A stretch of DNA of 64,000 nt from Bacteriovoracia bacterium (GTDB lineage Bacteria > Bdellovibrionota > UBA1018 > JBFWNL01): contig JBFWNL010000009.1 of NCBI GenBank assembly GCA_050251055.1, positions 1 through 64,000 of the forward strand, given 5' to 3'. Both the position numbers and the translations under genes were made by a program. The notes beneath the pieces were generated by a model that was not told the origin of the DNA, searched no databases, and saw only the letters and a program-made list of their open reading frames with translations. Below, piece after piece: positions 11,655 through 21,161 of the stretch (its first letter is position 1; every line of letters starts with the position of its first letter).

Positions 11655-11683
11655 TCATGGACGAGAAAGGAGAGAGCCACATT

Positions 11684-12007
11684 ATGGACGACAAAAACAA
11701 AAGAATACAGATTATCGGAACGAAGGCGACCAGGTCGTTTCAACGTTTTATCGAGCGGCAGGTAGAAAAATGGATCAGTCGCAATCAGACATCTTTGCCC
11801 CCCCCAAGACCTTCAAACTATCGTGTAACCGTGGAGCGTGAGGATGAGCATCCATACTACCACTGTGATATCGAGGTTCGGATCGCCAATAAGTACTGGC
11901 GCGGATTTGAAGGCGGTCGCAATATCCAAGAGGCTTTGGCCCATGCGCTCAGGCACATGAAGCTAACTTCTGAAATTTCGCCAGAGCCAATCGAAATTTT
12001 TTCCTAG
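11684..12007 (+). CDS. HPF/RaiA-like protein
   Basis: Predicted beta-alpha-beta-beta-beta-alpha order: IQIIG / SFQRFIERQVEKW / YRVTVERE / YHCDIEVRI / NIQEALAHAL. Confidence 0.55.
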   Translation: MDDKNKRIQIIGTKATRSFQRFIERQVEKWISRNQTSLPPPRPSNYRVTVEREDEHPYYHCDIEVRIANKYWRGFEGGRNIQEALAHALRHMKLTSEISPEPIEIFS

Positions 12008-12051
12008 TCCATGCAGGCGACCATTAAATAGTTCATTTAAAGGAGGCTTCC

Positions 12052-12387
12052 ATGATTCAAATAGCGCCCGATTTCAATTTCTTTGACTTCGAACCAAATG
12101 AAGACCTAAGAAAAAAAGCGAATCTTGCGACTCAACGACTCCTTGACTTAGCTCCCTACGGATCAATTGTAGTCGCCGCGCTAAAAAAGAAGGGTGAGCT
12201 TTATAAATGCTCGATCGATATCTATTCAAGCAACGGTCCTTTTAGGACCAGCGCAGCCCATGAAGATCCGAAGGTATCTTTAGAAAGTGCCGCCAGATCG
12301 ATTTCCAAGAAACTGGATCACTGGAAAGGACTACGCCATTTATCGGGTCGTCTCAAAAGGCTGAACCCACTTCCCTCTTCCGCCTGA
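12052..12387 (+). CDS. HPF/RaiA-like protein
   Basis: AGGAGG RBS; FEPNEDLRKKA...YKCSIDIYS..GPF...DPKVSLESAARSISKKLDHWK. Confidence 0.55.
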   Translation: MIQIAPDFNFFDFEPNEDLRKKANLATQRLLDLAPYGSIVVAALKKKGELYKCSIDIYSSNGPFRTSAAHEDPKVSLESAARSISKKLDHWKGLRHLSGRLKRLNPLPSSA

Positions 12388-12464
12388 CTTGACAAAGCCA
12401 ATGGCGTGATAATTTTATTTTGCATAAGAGGCAGGCAATCCCTAACAAAAGGAGGAATCAAACC

Positions 12465-13028
12465 ATGAATACAAGCATGCCATTCATCTGGAACCGCGGA
12501 TTGGATCCTCTTGGTGAAATTCGCCGCGAAATGGACCGATTCTTCGACCGCTTCTGGATAACGCCCAACTCCAAAACATGGCGAACGTCCGAATCAGAGT
12601 GGGTTCCACCTTGCGATGTCGAAGAAGACAAAGGCCATTATCTCCTGACTCTGGATATGCCAGGAGTCCAGAGGGATCAAATTAAGTTAGAAGTCGTTAA
12701 TCAACAGCTCACCATCTCTGGAGAGCGGCGACAGGAGAAGAAGAGCAAGTCCGAAGACATTTGGTACTCCGAACGTCGTCTCGGGAGGTTTCAGCGCACA
12801 TTCGCCCTCCCAGCTGGAGTAGATGTGGACAAGGTTGAAGCCAATTACCAAGACGGCACCCTAAGGGTTTGCATACCTAAAACGGAATCGGCAAAACCGC
12901 GCCAGATTAAGATCAGCAATGGATCTAGTACGGGTTTCTTCGGAAGGCTGATCGGTCAGCACTCGACGAAGGGAAAGGAGGAACGACATTCATCTAGCGA
13001 CTTTGAGAACGAAAAAGCGGCTTCGTGA
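12465..13028 (+). CDS. Hsp20/alpha-crystallin small heat shock protein
   Basis: AGGAGG RBS; PPCDVEE, DMPGV, ERRLGRFQRTFALP, ANYQDGTL. Confidence 0.93.
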   Translation: MNTSMPFIWNRGLDPLGEIRREMDRFFDRFWITPNSKTWRTSESEWVPPCDVEEDKGHYLLTLDMPGVQRDQIKLEVVNQQLTISGERRQEKKSKSEDIWYSERRLGRFQRTFALPAGVDVDKVEANYQDGTLRVCIPKTESAKPRQIKISNGSSTGFFGRLIGQHSTKGKEERHSSSDFENEKAAS

Positions 13029-13090
13029 ATAGCATAGGTTCCGACCCAAATTGAGTTCCGAGGGATCGAGCCTCGGACGGCATTTCGGCG

Positions 13091-13135
13091 AAGCCCCTGC
13101 TTTCTCTTCATAGAGATCAGGGGCTTTTTATTTTA
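13091..13135 (+). terminator. Rho-independent terminator after hsp20
   Basis: AAGCCCCTG...CAGGGGCTT stem followed by a T-rich tail. Confidence 0.75.
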
Positions 13136-13173
13136 TTGGCTCTTTCGGGTGGCCCGGTAGAAGGGAGCGGGAT

Positions 13174-13366
13174 ATGCCGAAGAAGAGGTACACGCCGGAG
13201 GAGATCATCATGCATCTCCGGACGGTTGAAATTGAAAAGGCCAAGGGAATCACACTTGAAGAGGCGGCCCGCAAAGTCGGTGTCACGCCGCAGACGATCA
13301 CGCGCTGGAAGGCGGAGTTCGGAGGTGACCATCCCCCTTCTTCCAAGCCAATCGTAAGCTCGAAAA
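13174..13366 (+). mobile_element. IS3-family orfA fragment cut by an isolated IS3 terminal inverted repeat
   Basis: MPKKRYTPEEII...VTPQTITRWKAEFGG breaks at 13326, where TGACCATCCCCCTTCTTCCAAGCCA (identical to 30119-30143) begins. Confidence 0.8.
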
Positions 13367-13580
13367 TATAGCTCTAAGCAAATTTGGAATTGGGCAATTC
13401 CAAGTAGATTTCGTGAGGAGGGGTTCTAGCGGACATCGCTAGACCACCTGTCTAGAGTGACTAGATCTCACCCGGTTTCCTGGCTAGGCACTCTAGACGT
13501 CTATCAAACTCGCTTTTAAGATCCAGTGACTCGGGTGCCTAGACACCATTTTTCCAATTTTTGACAAAGCCGGGCTCCAC

Positions 13581-13610
13581 TAAGACCAGAGTAAGACCAA
13601 GCTAAGACCA
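13581..13610 (+). repeat. three TAAGACCA direct repeats, 11-bp period
   Basis: TAAGACCAGAG TAAGACCAAGC TAAGACCA. Confidence 0.8.
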
Positions 13611-13819
13611 AATTCGTAACGGACGGCAATTTTCGGTAACGTTCGAAAAAATCGATTTAGATAAGCCCAAGAAACCTTTGGCTTTTGACTTTCGTGATTT
13701 GTGAATGTTGTGGCCAAAAAGCCTGAAAAAATTGGCGTCCCCATAACGTCCTTTTGAGATCAGTGACTTGAGTCCGCAATAAAGCGGCTTGCAGCACGGA
13801 TCCGAAGGAGGGACGAACG

Positions 13820-14116
13820 ATGAACCAGACCGCCTGGCTCAACGCCAAAGCCTATGTACCACAGGTTTCCATTCCAGAGGTGCCATTTTACAAGTTCCTG
13901 GAGTGTCTTGAGCGCTCCAAGCAATGGAGCGAGAGGGACGTTTTACGCCGCCTTTGCATCCCCCGAACGACCTACCGGAGCTGGAGGGATGGCACGTCCG
14001 AGCCCAGTAAACGTATCTATTGGGTTAAGCTTTCAAACACATTTGGAGTGCCCATTGAGGCACTCATCCGGGCCGATCTCTCAAAGCTTCCAGGATTTGC
14101 AAGGATGACCCAATGA
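13820..14116 (+). CDS. XRE-family HTH protein
   Basis: AGGAGG RBS; RRLCIPRTTYRSWRDGTSEPS...LSNTFGVPIEAL. Confidence 0.75.
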   Translation: MNQTAWLNAKAYVPQVSIPEVPFYKFLECLERSKQWSERDVLRRLCIPRTTYRSWRDGTSEPSKRIYWVKLSNTFGVPIEALIRADLSKLPGFARMTQ

Positions 14117-14397
14117 GTCAAAGAAAGCCCTGCTGTGAAGACTTTAATCATACGGCCGTTATCTACCAAGACGAAACGAGGCCGCTGAGAAATAGGCTTA
14201 TCACTTTGTCGGAGCTGATGATCTTTGCCGACCGAGGTGCGGCATTTGACACAGAAACCATCGTTGGGATTGGCGAGATACTGAGAGAGATCTGGGAAAG
14301 ACATTCGGTAATTGACCACATCCTCTTTGGCGCGCCTCTTCCGGAGTGCTTCTTAACTGAAGACCTGCGCGCGTTCTCAAAAAAACTATGCCGGTAA
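14113..14397 (+). CDS. hypothetical protein
   Basis: ATGA overlap with the upstream XRE gene. Confidence 0.5.
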   Translation: MSQRKPCCEDFNHTAVIYQDETRPLRNRLITLSELMIFADRGAAFDTETIVGIGEILREIWERHSVIDHILFGAPLPECFLTEDLRAFSKKLCR

Positions 14398-14457
14398 TTT
14401 CACTCGATGTTTTCGATTCAACGGAAAACATCCATTAGCAACTAACAAGGAGTTTTT

Positions 14458-14646
14458 ATGTACAACATTTTGATTCGATTGATGGTGATTGCAGCTTTAA
14501 GCAAATTTGGCATTTCACTTTTTGACTTTGAGAACTGCAACTACACTCAGTGTCTCAAGACAATCGAAACCAAGTCGCGGGAGGTTCTAAGCATCAGTTG
14601 GAAACCGATTTCTGTATTTCCCGAGGAGGCGCGCCGGTTTCGCTAG
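14458..14646 (+). CDS. small hypothetical protein
   Basis: AAGGAG RBS; a homologous copy at ~22013-22174 conserves the amino-acid sequence. Confidence 0.65.
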   Translation: MYNILIRLMVIAALSKFGISLFDFENCNYTQCLKTIETKSREVLSISWKPISVFPEEARRFR

Positions 14647-14748
14647 GCGACTGCGGTGTGCCACAAAGTCTGCAGAAAAATCTGAGCGTGTTAGGAAGCA
14701 GTTACCCTAAGTTGTAGCTCTTTTTTTGATTACATAGTTCGTAAAATT

Positions 14749-15417
14749 TCACTCAACTTTTCGCCCCAAACGAACAGGAAATAGCTCCGCAGAAAAATTG
14801 GACTGCCCCAAGCCCATCAATGCGGGAGAATGGGTCAAACTTCCATTTGTAATTTGCTTAGCAAGTTCTTTCGACTCGAAAGTCTGTGCTTCACTGCTTC
14901 TTTCACTTAAGTCGGAGGCTAAGTGCAAAGTATAAGTTTTCACACAGTTCTCTGACACTAAATGAATCTTTCCTTCAGATATATCGGGACGAACATTTTG
15001 AAAAACACAGCCGGCAGCAAAACCGTCTTTCCAGGTGGTGATGTGTGCATTGAGGTGAAGGTTGCTGAGCTCAAAGGAAAGTTCTTCGATCGTTCGAGGA
15101 CGCTGCGAGCTAGGAAATGCGGGCAGACTAGGCGTAAAAGTGGCCCTTATCGAAAACACGCTTCCGCTCAACCCTTCGAACGTGCCCTCGAATACCCCGG
15201 ATACCGAGTTCAGAAAACGCCGTCGAATTTCTAAATCGGTCTCCATGGCCACGGCCTTCTGCCGCAGGTTTTCGTTTATCGCTTCTTGCTCCTGCTCGCT
15301 TTCAAGCTTTGCTTTTTCTTGAAGTCGCTCGTTGCCTTGACCACCACAACCTGAAAGGCCGATTGCAACGCAAATCAATAGAAATGGACCGAATGTATAG
15401 CGAAAAAACTGACTCAT
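14749..15417 (-). CDS. hypothetical lipoprotein
   Basis: Lipobox LSGC, coiled-coil segment, GAGGAG RBS. Confidence 0.7.
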   Translation of the reverse strand: MSQFFRYTFGPFLLICVAIGLSGCGGQGNERLQEKAKLESEQEQEAINENLRQKAVAMETDLEIRRRFLNSVSGVFEGTFEGLSGSVFSIRATFTPSLPAFPSSQRPRTIEELSFELSNLHLNAHITTWKDGFAAGCVFQNVRPDISEGKIHLVSENCVKTYTLHLASDLSERSSEAQTFESKELAKQITNGSLTHSPALMGLGQSNFSAELFPVRLGRKVE

Positions 15418-15456
15418 AATACTCTCCTCCTCAATAAGACCCCCTTTTAAGGCGTC

Positions 15457-15705
15457 TTATTGACTAACTTCCTTGGAATTGGCCGCCTCATACTGCTCGT
15501 TCACTTCCCAGCATTTGCTTTTCTTAAAGCTCTTATTGAGACGTCCAAGTTTCTCAGCGCACTTATGCGCGTCTTCATCCGTCTTCGCGGTGGGGCAATC
15601 TTTTTTGCAAGTTTCTACGAGCTTGAAATCTTTCTTCTGCTCTTCTGCGAAGGCTCCCGAGATTCCAAGGCTTAAACCTAAAGCAACCAGTGCAAATGTT
15701 TTCAT
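15457..15705 (-). CDS. small secreted 4-Cys protein
   Basis: AAGGAG RBS, signal peptide ending AFA, CKKDC...C...C. Confidence 0.7.
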   Translation of the reverse strand: MKTFALVALGLSLGISGAFAEEQKKDFKLVETCKKDCPTAKTDEDAHKCAEKLGRLNKSFKKSKCWEVNEQYEAANSKEVSQ

Positions 15706-15761
15706 AACTTTCTCCTTTATTATTTCTATGTGTTTTGACCGACCTAAAACTTCTGTTTGTT

Positions 15762-17063
15762 TCATTTGTTAGACACCTCTCTCCACGAGGATTGGGCCCA
15801 TTTAATTGCGGGATCTGGGAGATCTCCGAGTGAGGTCCAAACGTTTAGTAGTAATGAAAGCGCAGTTCGCTCCACTTGGAATCGAGAACGAAGCCCTTCA
15901 ATTCTCTGTCGATAGGCTTCGATTACGTGGGCGGGACCGAGTAACCCTCGGGCGTACTGAGACTCCACCGAATCGATATAGTGCTCGAAGGATTCACGCG
16001 CGGAGCGATCAAGAATTCGTTCTCTAAGCGCTCGGTAAGAATCTGATTTCTCCTGAATCAAAAGCTGTTCTTGAGTGTGCTTCGCTTCCAGTGTGATCCG
16101 AGATGCTTCAATCAAACGATGAGTGGCTCGTTTTAGTGGCCCGCGAGCATCCCAGATGGGGAGCGAAATAGAAACGCCTAGGCCGTAGGCTTGAGAGTGT
16201 ATGGGACCCTCACCTGAAAAACGAATGGTTGGACCTAGCTTCAAATCAGGCCACGCCTCCGCTGAGGCAGATTCATACTCAGCGAAAGCAAGCTCATTAA
16301 GGGCATTTAACCTACGTAGAGTGGGGTTTTTTGTCGGAACTGAATTTAGTAAGTCCTTTGATATTTCTGGCCAGTCGGCCACGGTAATTCGCGCAAGCGC
16401 AGCCCAATCTACTTTAACTCCCGGAAGATCGGTTGCGAGAGTGGCGAGAAGGATTTTCTGCTCAGACAAGAGCGAGGCTTGAGTGTCTTCTAGCGTTTCA
16501 AAATTTGACTGAAAGAGCTGAAGCGTCGAGCGTTGCTCAACCGACAACACGGATCGGCGCCGAAGGGTCGAGAGCATTCTTTGATAAGCATTAATTGCGG
16601 AGTTTACGGCCGCAAGTTCTTCGCGAAGTTGAGCTGCTTGTAGAAGTTCCCCTAAGGCGTCGCTGAGCTCTTCACCGATCTGTGCATCTCGATCCGCAGT
16701 GGCCTTATTCTCTCTCGCCTCCGCGGCAGCAATTCTTGCACCCCGTTTTCCACCGAGTTCAAAAGTTTGCAGTAAGCCGATCTGATGTTCGTACTGGACG
16801 TCACCTAAAGTTTTCCCAAAAAGATGTTCACTCTCAATCTCTGGGTTTATCCACCGACCTGACTGTTGCTTTAAATCGGTGGCACTTTCGGCTTCCGCGC
16901 GAGCACTGATGATTTCTGGTTTACGTTGCAACACGCATTGGAGAAATTCCGCTGGCGTTCTCACCGATTCACAAGCGTGAGCCGCTGAACAAAACGCACC
17001 TAGTCCGAGTAAACCGAAAATAAGTTTATGAAAAAAAGGCGCGCTCAATCTGCCGAAAAACAT
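15762..17063 (-). CDS. TolC/CzcC-family outer membrane efflux protein (start uncertain)
   Basis: NPEI, FELGGKRGARI, GVSISLPIWD outer-membrane-factor motifs. Confidence 0.8.
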   Translation of the reverse strand: MFFGRLSAPFFHKLIFGLLGLGAFCSAAHACESVRTPAEFLQCVLQRKPEIISARAEAESATDLKQQSGRWINPEIESEHLFGKTLGDVQYEHQIGLLQTFELGGKRGARIAAAEARENKATADRDAQIGEELSDALGELLQAAQLREELAAVNSAINAYQRMLSTLRRRSVLSVEQRSTLQLFQSNFETLEDTQASLLSEQKILLATLATDLPGVKVDWAALARITVADWPEISKDLLNSVPTKNPTLRRLNALNELAFAEYESASAEAWPDLKLGPTIRFSGEGPIHSQAYGLGVSISLPIWDARGPLKRATHRLIEASRITLEAKHTQEQLLIQEKSDSYRALRERILDRSARESFEHYIDSVESQYARGLLGPAHVIEAYRQRIEGLRSRFQVERTALSLLLNVWTSLGDLPDPAIKWAQSSWREVSNK

Positions 17064-17101
17064 GACTTGATACATAGGCATAGTTGCGCTAAAACGCAAG
17101 T

Positions 17102-17503
17102 ATGTATCTAGTTCAAATAGGTCCGACGGACGTTTTTCAGGCTTTGTCTGATCCAGTGCGGCTCCGAATCATTCGGGTCCTTGCGGATCCAAAAATCAAA
17201 GAGGCTTGCTCTTGTGATCTGGCCGAGGCCTTAAATGAGCCTGAATATGCCATTTCAAGACAACTTAAGGTGCTAAGGGCCACGGGTCTACTTACGGCAG
17301 AAAAGGAGGGTCGATGGATTTATCACAAAATCCAAGTCGATCATCCGGATTTGCGGCGGCTGATTTCAGTCATTTCCGAGTTTTCTGATGCTGACGGGCA
17401 GTGCAAGGCCGACCGAAAACAGCTTCAGCGTTTAATTGATGCCCGCTCCGGTGGCCGATGTGTTGGGCAGAAGCAGAAAAGTTCTATTCGAGAAACGGGA
17501 TAA
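17102..17503 (+). CDS. ArsR/SmtB family metalloregulator
   Basis: FQALSDPVRLRII, EACSCDL, ISRQLKVLR, EGRWIYH; palindrome TTGCG-N6-CGCAA at 17084-17099 just upstream. Confidence 0.88.
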   Translation: MYLVQIGPTDVFQALSDPVRLRIIRVLADPKIKEACSCDLAEALNEPEYAISRQLKVLRATGLLTAEKEGRWIYHKIQVDHPDLRRLISVISEFSDADGQCKADRKQLQRLIDARSGGRCVGQKQKSSIRETG

Positions 17504-17521
17504 AGGAAGAGATTGCGAAAA

Positions 17522-17971
17522 ATGTCTTACAGGAATTATCGTGCAGTTTTTGCTGTTCTAGTTGGTTTTCATGCAGCCTCGGCAACTGTCGTTTTTGCTT
17601 CTGATGAAGCGAAGAAAAGCCAGAGTTCAAACTCTAAGGCCATAGAAGGTGCGGAACTTGAAAAAGGATTCCGTTTGCGTGCGCAGGCTGCTGAATCATT
17701 AGGCGTTCGCTTCACGCTTGTAGGCGCTAGTCAGCTTGTCGCTGAGCCCGGTGGAATTGTGCGCTTCCAGGATTTTACCGCAGTCTATCGGCGACGCGAT
17801 GGTTGGGTTCGAATGGTCGAAATCGAGGGAGCTGAATCGGCAGACGGTAAGATTCATTTTTCGTCCAAAGATTTTAGTGCAGGCGACGAAATTGCGATTC
17901 AAGGCGCCCCCGCTCTTCGTGTCATCGATATGGATCTTTGGGGCCCCAAAGCAGATGCCTGTGGTGACTGA
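17522..17971 (+). CDS. short exported protein resembling only the membrane-proximal domain of CzcB-type adaptors
   Basis: Signal peptide; AAESLGV and AVYRRRDGW...FSAGDEIAIQGAPAL; ~150 aa. Confidence 0.6.
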   Translation: MSYRNYRAVFAVLVGFHAASATVVFASDEAKKSQSSNSKAIEGAELEKGFRLRAQAAESLGVRFTLVGASQLVAEPGGIVRFQDFTAVYRRRDGWVRMVEIEGAESADGKIHFSSKDFSAGDEIAIQGAPALRVIDMDLWGPKADACGD

Positions 17972-17996
17972 CAGTGTGCGGTTTGAATAGGCTTCT

Positions 17997-20900
17997 ATGA
18001 TTACTCGGATTATTCGATTTTCCGTCTTTCGCCCGATCTGGGTCTTAGTGATCACCCTAATTCTAGCGTTCGTGGGCTGGTGGAGCTTTACCCACATGTC
18101 CATCGATGCCGTACCTGATATCACCAACACTCAGGTTCAGGTTTTTGCGGAAGCCACGGGACTTGCGCCTGAAGAAGTCGAGCGCTCAGTCACATTTCCA
18201 CTAGAGAATGCACTCGCAGGCGTCGCAGGTGTGGTGCAAATTCGGTCTCTGACTCGGTTTGGCCTCGTAGTAGTGACCGTTGTTTTTGAAGACGGTGCAG
18301 ACATTTATCGGGCGAGGCAACTCGTAGGCGAAAGACTTCAGCTTGTTCAGGGAGAGCTGCCGGAGCAGACTCGTCCAATCCTGGGGCCGATCTCCACTGG
18401 CCTTGGCGAGATTTTCTTTTATAGCATCGAAGCCGACAAAGTGAGTGAAGGAGCGGAGCGGAAAGCTCAGCTCATGGAACTTCGTTCACTCCAAGAGTAT
18501 ATCGTTAAACCCAGACTCCTAACGGTTCGTGGGGTGGCTGAAGTGAATACCATTGGAGGGTATGAGCGTCAGTATCACATCAAGCCTAACCCGGAGCAGA
18601 TGAAGAGATTCGGGCTCGGATTTTCGCAAATCGTAGAAGCCTTAAAGGTCACCAATAAGAACGTTGGTGGCGGATACGTCCAGCAATCGAGCGAGCAGTT
18701 TTTAGTCCAAGGAAATGGACTCCTTCTGACGGAAGATCACATCCTAGATACCCCGATAAAAGTTCTCGACTCTTTGCGGACGCTTCGAATCCGTGACGTT
18801 GCTCAAGTGGAGGTGGATTCAGATTTGAGGACCGGCGCAGCCGTTGTGCGTGGCGAAGAGGCTGTGCTCGGCATGGTGATGATGCTCATGGGGGAAAATA
18901 GTCGCGATGTCGCCCTCCGTGTGGGAGAGCGCTTAAGTGAAATCAAGGATAGCCTGCCTAAAGGATATCGACTCGAAACCGTTTACGACCGAGCACATCT
19001 CGTCAATCAAACGTTAGGTACGGTTGAGCACAACCTTCTAACGGGAGCGGCCCTCGTTATCATTGTACTATGCCTTCTACTGGGCAATCTCCGGGCCGCG
19101 GTCATTACCGCCGTTGTCATTCCACTCACCTTGCTTCTGACGTTCATCGTGATGAAGCGTATGAATATTTCTGGGAATCTAGTGAGCTTGGGTGCCCTTG
19201 ATTTTGGCATCATCGTCGACGGTGCAGTCATCATTTTAGATCATTGCATTCGAAAACTTCGGGGTGCTCGGGAGAAGTTGGGGCGAGCGCTTTCCCTCTC
19301 TGAAAGACGAGAGCAAATCGCTGAAGCGGCCATTGAAATTCGCTCAACCGCCGGATTTGGTGAGCTAATAGTTGTCGTGGTTTTCTTGCCGGTTTTGGCT
19401 CTTACAGGCATTGAAGGCAAAATGTTTCGTCCGATGGCGTCGACCTTTGCCATCGCCGTAGCTTCTGCGCTCGTTTTGTCCTTCACCACGGTGCCTGCTC
19501 TAGCGAGCTTGTTGCTCAAAGCCGGGGACCGCGAATCAGATCCGTTCTTAATGCGTTGGATTGAAGGAAAATTCTCTCGACTCTTCACCCCACTGATTAA
19601 ACGCCCTCGCGCTGTGCTTACAGTTGCCATTGCGTGCACGCTGCTGGGAGCGTTCTTATTTTCTTGGCTCGGTGGTGAGTTTTTACCGAGAATGGATGAG
19701 GCATCGCGTACGATTCAATTCGTCCGTCCGGTTAATATTAGTCTTGATAAGTCGCTTGAATGGGACCGTAGAGCGCAGAAAATTATTGGAAGTTTCCCTC
19801 AAGTAGAGCTCGTCTTTAGCCGGCTAGGCACCCCGGAACTGGCGACTGACCCGATGGGAGTCAATCTTTCGGACAACTTTGTAATTTTTAAGGATCGAGA
19901 CAAATGGCCCAAAGAAGCTGGTAATCCTCGTACATGGCTCCAGCTCACTCAGCAGATGGTAGATCGGCTTGAGTCTGAGCTCCCCGGACAAAGAGTTGTA
20001 GTGAGTCAGCCGATTCAAATGCGGTTCAATGAATTGCTTGAAGGAAGCAGGGCCGATGTTTCCGTAAAGCTTTTTGGTGACGATATGGACCAGCTCGTTG
20101 AGACGGGCGAAAAGATCGTTGAAGTGCTCAAAAAAGTGCCTGGCGCAGGTGACGTGGAGCTGGAACTCAGGGGCGCATCTCCCATGCTTAGGGTTACTCC
20201 TAGCGATGATTTTCTCAGCGGTCTTGGCATTCCTAAACAGGAAATCTTAGAAACAGTAAATATAGCGATGGGAGGAGAAGAAGTCGGATTTCTCTACGAC
20301 GGAGTAAGGCGTTATCCCATTGTGGTGCGCCTGGATGAGCGCCTGCGTTCAAATCTTAGCGTGATCCGAGACCTGCCGGTTGAAGTGGCCAGCGGCACCA
20401 CACTTCCGCTTTCGAAAGTGGCTTCAGTCCAGTTCGATGAGGTATTTAGTACGATTAACCGAGAGCAAGCAAAACGTCGGCTCAACGTTCTAGTGAACCC
20501 ACGAGGTCGCGACACTGAGTCTTTTGTCTTAGACGCACAAAAAGCAATTCGGGAATCCGTTAAAATCCCTGCCGGTCTGTACGTTGAGTGGGGTGGAAAT
20601 TTCAAAAATCTCATAGAAGCGAGACAGAGACTGTTGATCCTAACCCCGCTTGCAGTCATCTTGGTGCTAGCGATGATCTTTTTTGCCTTCCGTAGCATCC
20701 CGCAAACGATTCTCGTTTTCTCTTGTGCGCCACTGGCGCTCATAGGTGGTGTGATTAACCTAAAGCTCCGGGGCCTACCCTTTAGTATTTCCGCTGGCGT
20801 TGGATTTATCGCTCTAATGGGCATAGCAGTGCTAAATGGCGTCGTGCTCGTGAATTGCTTAAACGACTTGAGACGAAATGGCCTAACGGGGGTTGCGTTA

Positions 20901-21146
20901 GTAAAGAGTGGCGTGCTTCAGCGCCTCAGGCCCGTATTGATGACGGCAATGGTCGCGGCATTTGGGTTTTTACCCATGATGCTCTCCAGTGGAGTGGGCG
21001 CTGAAGTGCAAAAACCTCTCGCGACCGTCGTTATCGGAGGAATTGTCAGCTCTACTTTTCTAACTCTTGTAACCCTTCCCGCCATTTATCTTTTATTTGA
21101 ACGATGGATGGCGCCCTCAAAAAGCGCTCCGAGTTTAGGACACTAG
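17997..21146 (+). CDS. czcA: CusA/CzcA heavy-metal RND permease
   Basis: DAVPDITNTQVQV, GALDFGIIVDGAV, RLRPVLMTA; 1049 aa. Confidence 0.93.
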   Translation: MITRIIRFSVFRPIWVLVITLILAFVGWWSFTHMSIDAVPDITNTQVQVFAEATGLAPEEVERSVTFPLENALAGVAGVVQIRSLTRFGLVVVTVVFEDGADIYRARQLVGERLQLVQGELPEQTRPILGPISTGLGEIFFYSIEADKVSEGAERKAQLMELRSLQEYIVKPRLLTVRGVAEVNTIGGYERQYHIKPNPEQMKRFGLGFSQIVEALKVTNKNVGGGYVQQSSEQFLVQGNGLLLTEDHILDTPIKVLDSLRTLRIRDVAQVEVDSDLRTGAAVVRGEEAVLGMVMMLMGENSRDVALRVGERLSEIKDSLPKGYRLETVYDRAHLVNQTLGTVEHNLLTGAALVIIVLCLLLGNLRAAVITAVVIPLTLLLTFIVMKRMNISGNLVSLGALDFGIIVDGAVIILDHCIRKLRGAREKLGRALSLSERREQIAEAAIEIRSTAGFGELIVVVVFLPVLALTGIEGKMFRPMASTFAIAVASALVLSFTTVPALASLLLKAGDRESDPFLMRWIEGKFSRLFTPLIKRPRAVLTVAIACTLLGAFLFSWLGGEFLPRMDEASRTIQFVRPVNISLDKSLEWDRRAQKIIGSFPQVELVFSRLGTPELATDPMGVNLSDNFVIFKDRDKWPKEAGNPRTWLQLTQQMVDRLESELPGQRVVVSQPIQMRFNELLEGSRADVSVKLFGDDMDQLVETGEKIVEVLKKVPGAGDVELELRGASPMLRVTPSDDFLSGLGIPKQEILETVNIAMGGEEVGFLYDGVRRYPIVVRLDERLRSNLSVIRDLPVEVASGTTLPLSKVASVQFDEVFSTINREQAKRRLNVLVNPRGRDTESFVLDAQKAIRESVKIPAGLYVEWGGNFKNLIEARQRLLILTPLAVILVLAMIFFAFRSIPQTILVFSCAPLALIGGVINLKLRGLPFSISAGVGFIALMGIAVLNGVVLVNCLNDLRRNGLTGVALVKSGVLQRLRPVLMTAMVAAFGFLPMMLSSGVGAEVQKPLATVVIGGIVSSTFLTLVTLPAIYLLFERWMAPSKSAPSLGH

Positions 21147-21161
21147 AAGAGGGATGAGTTA

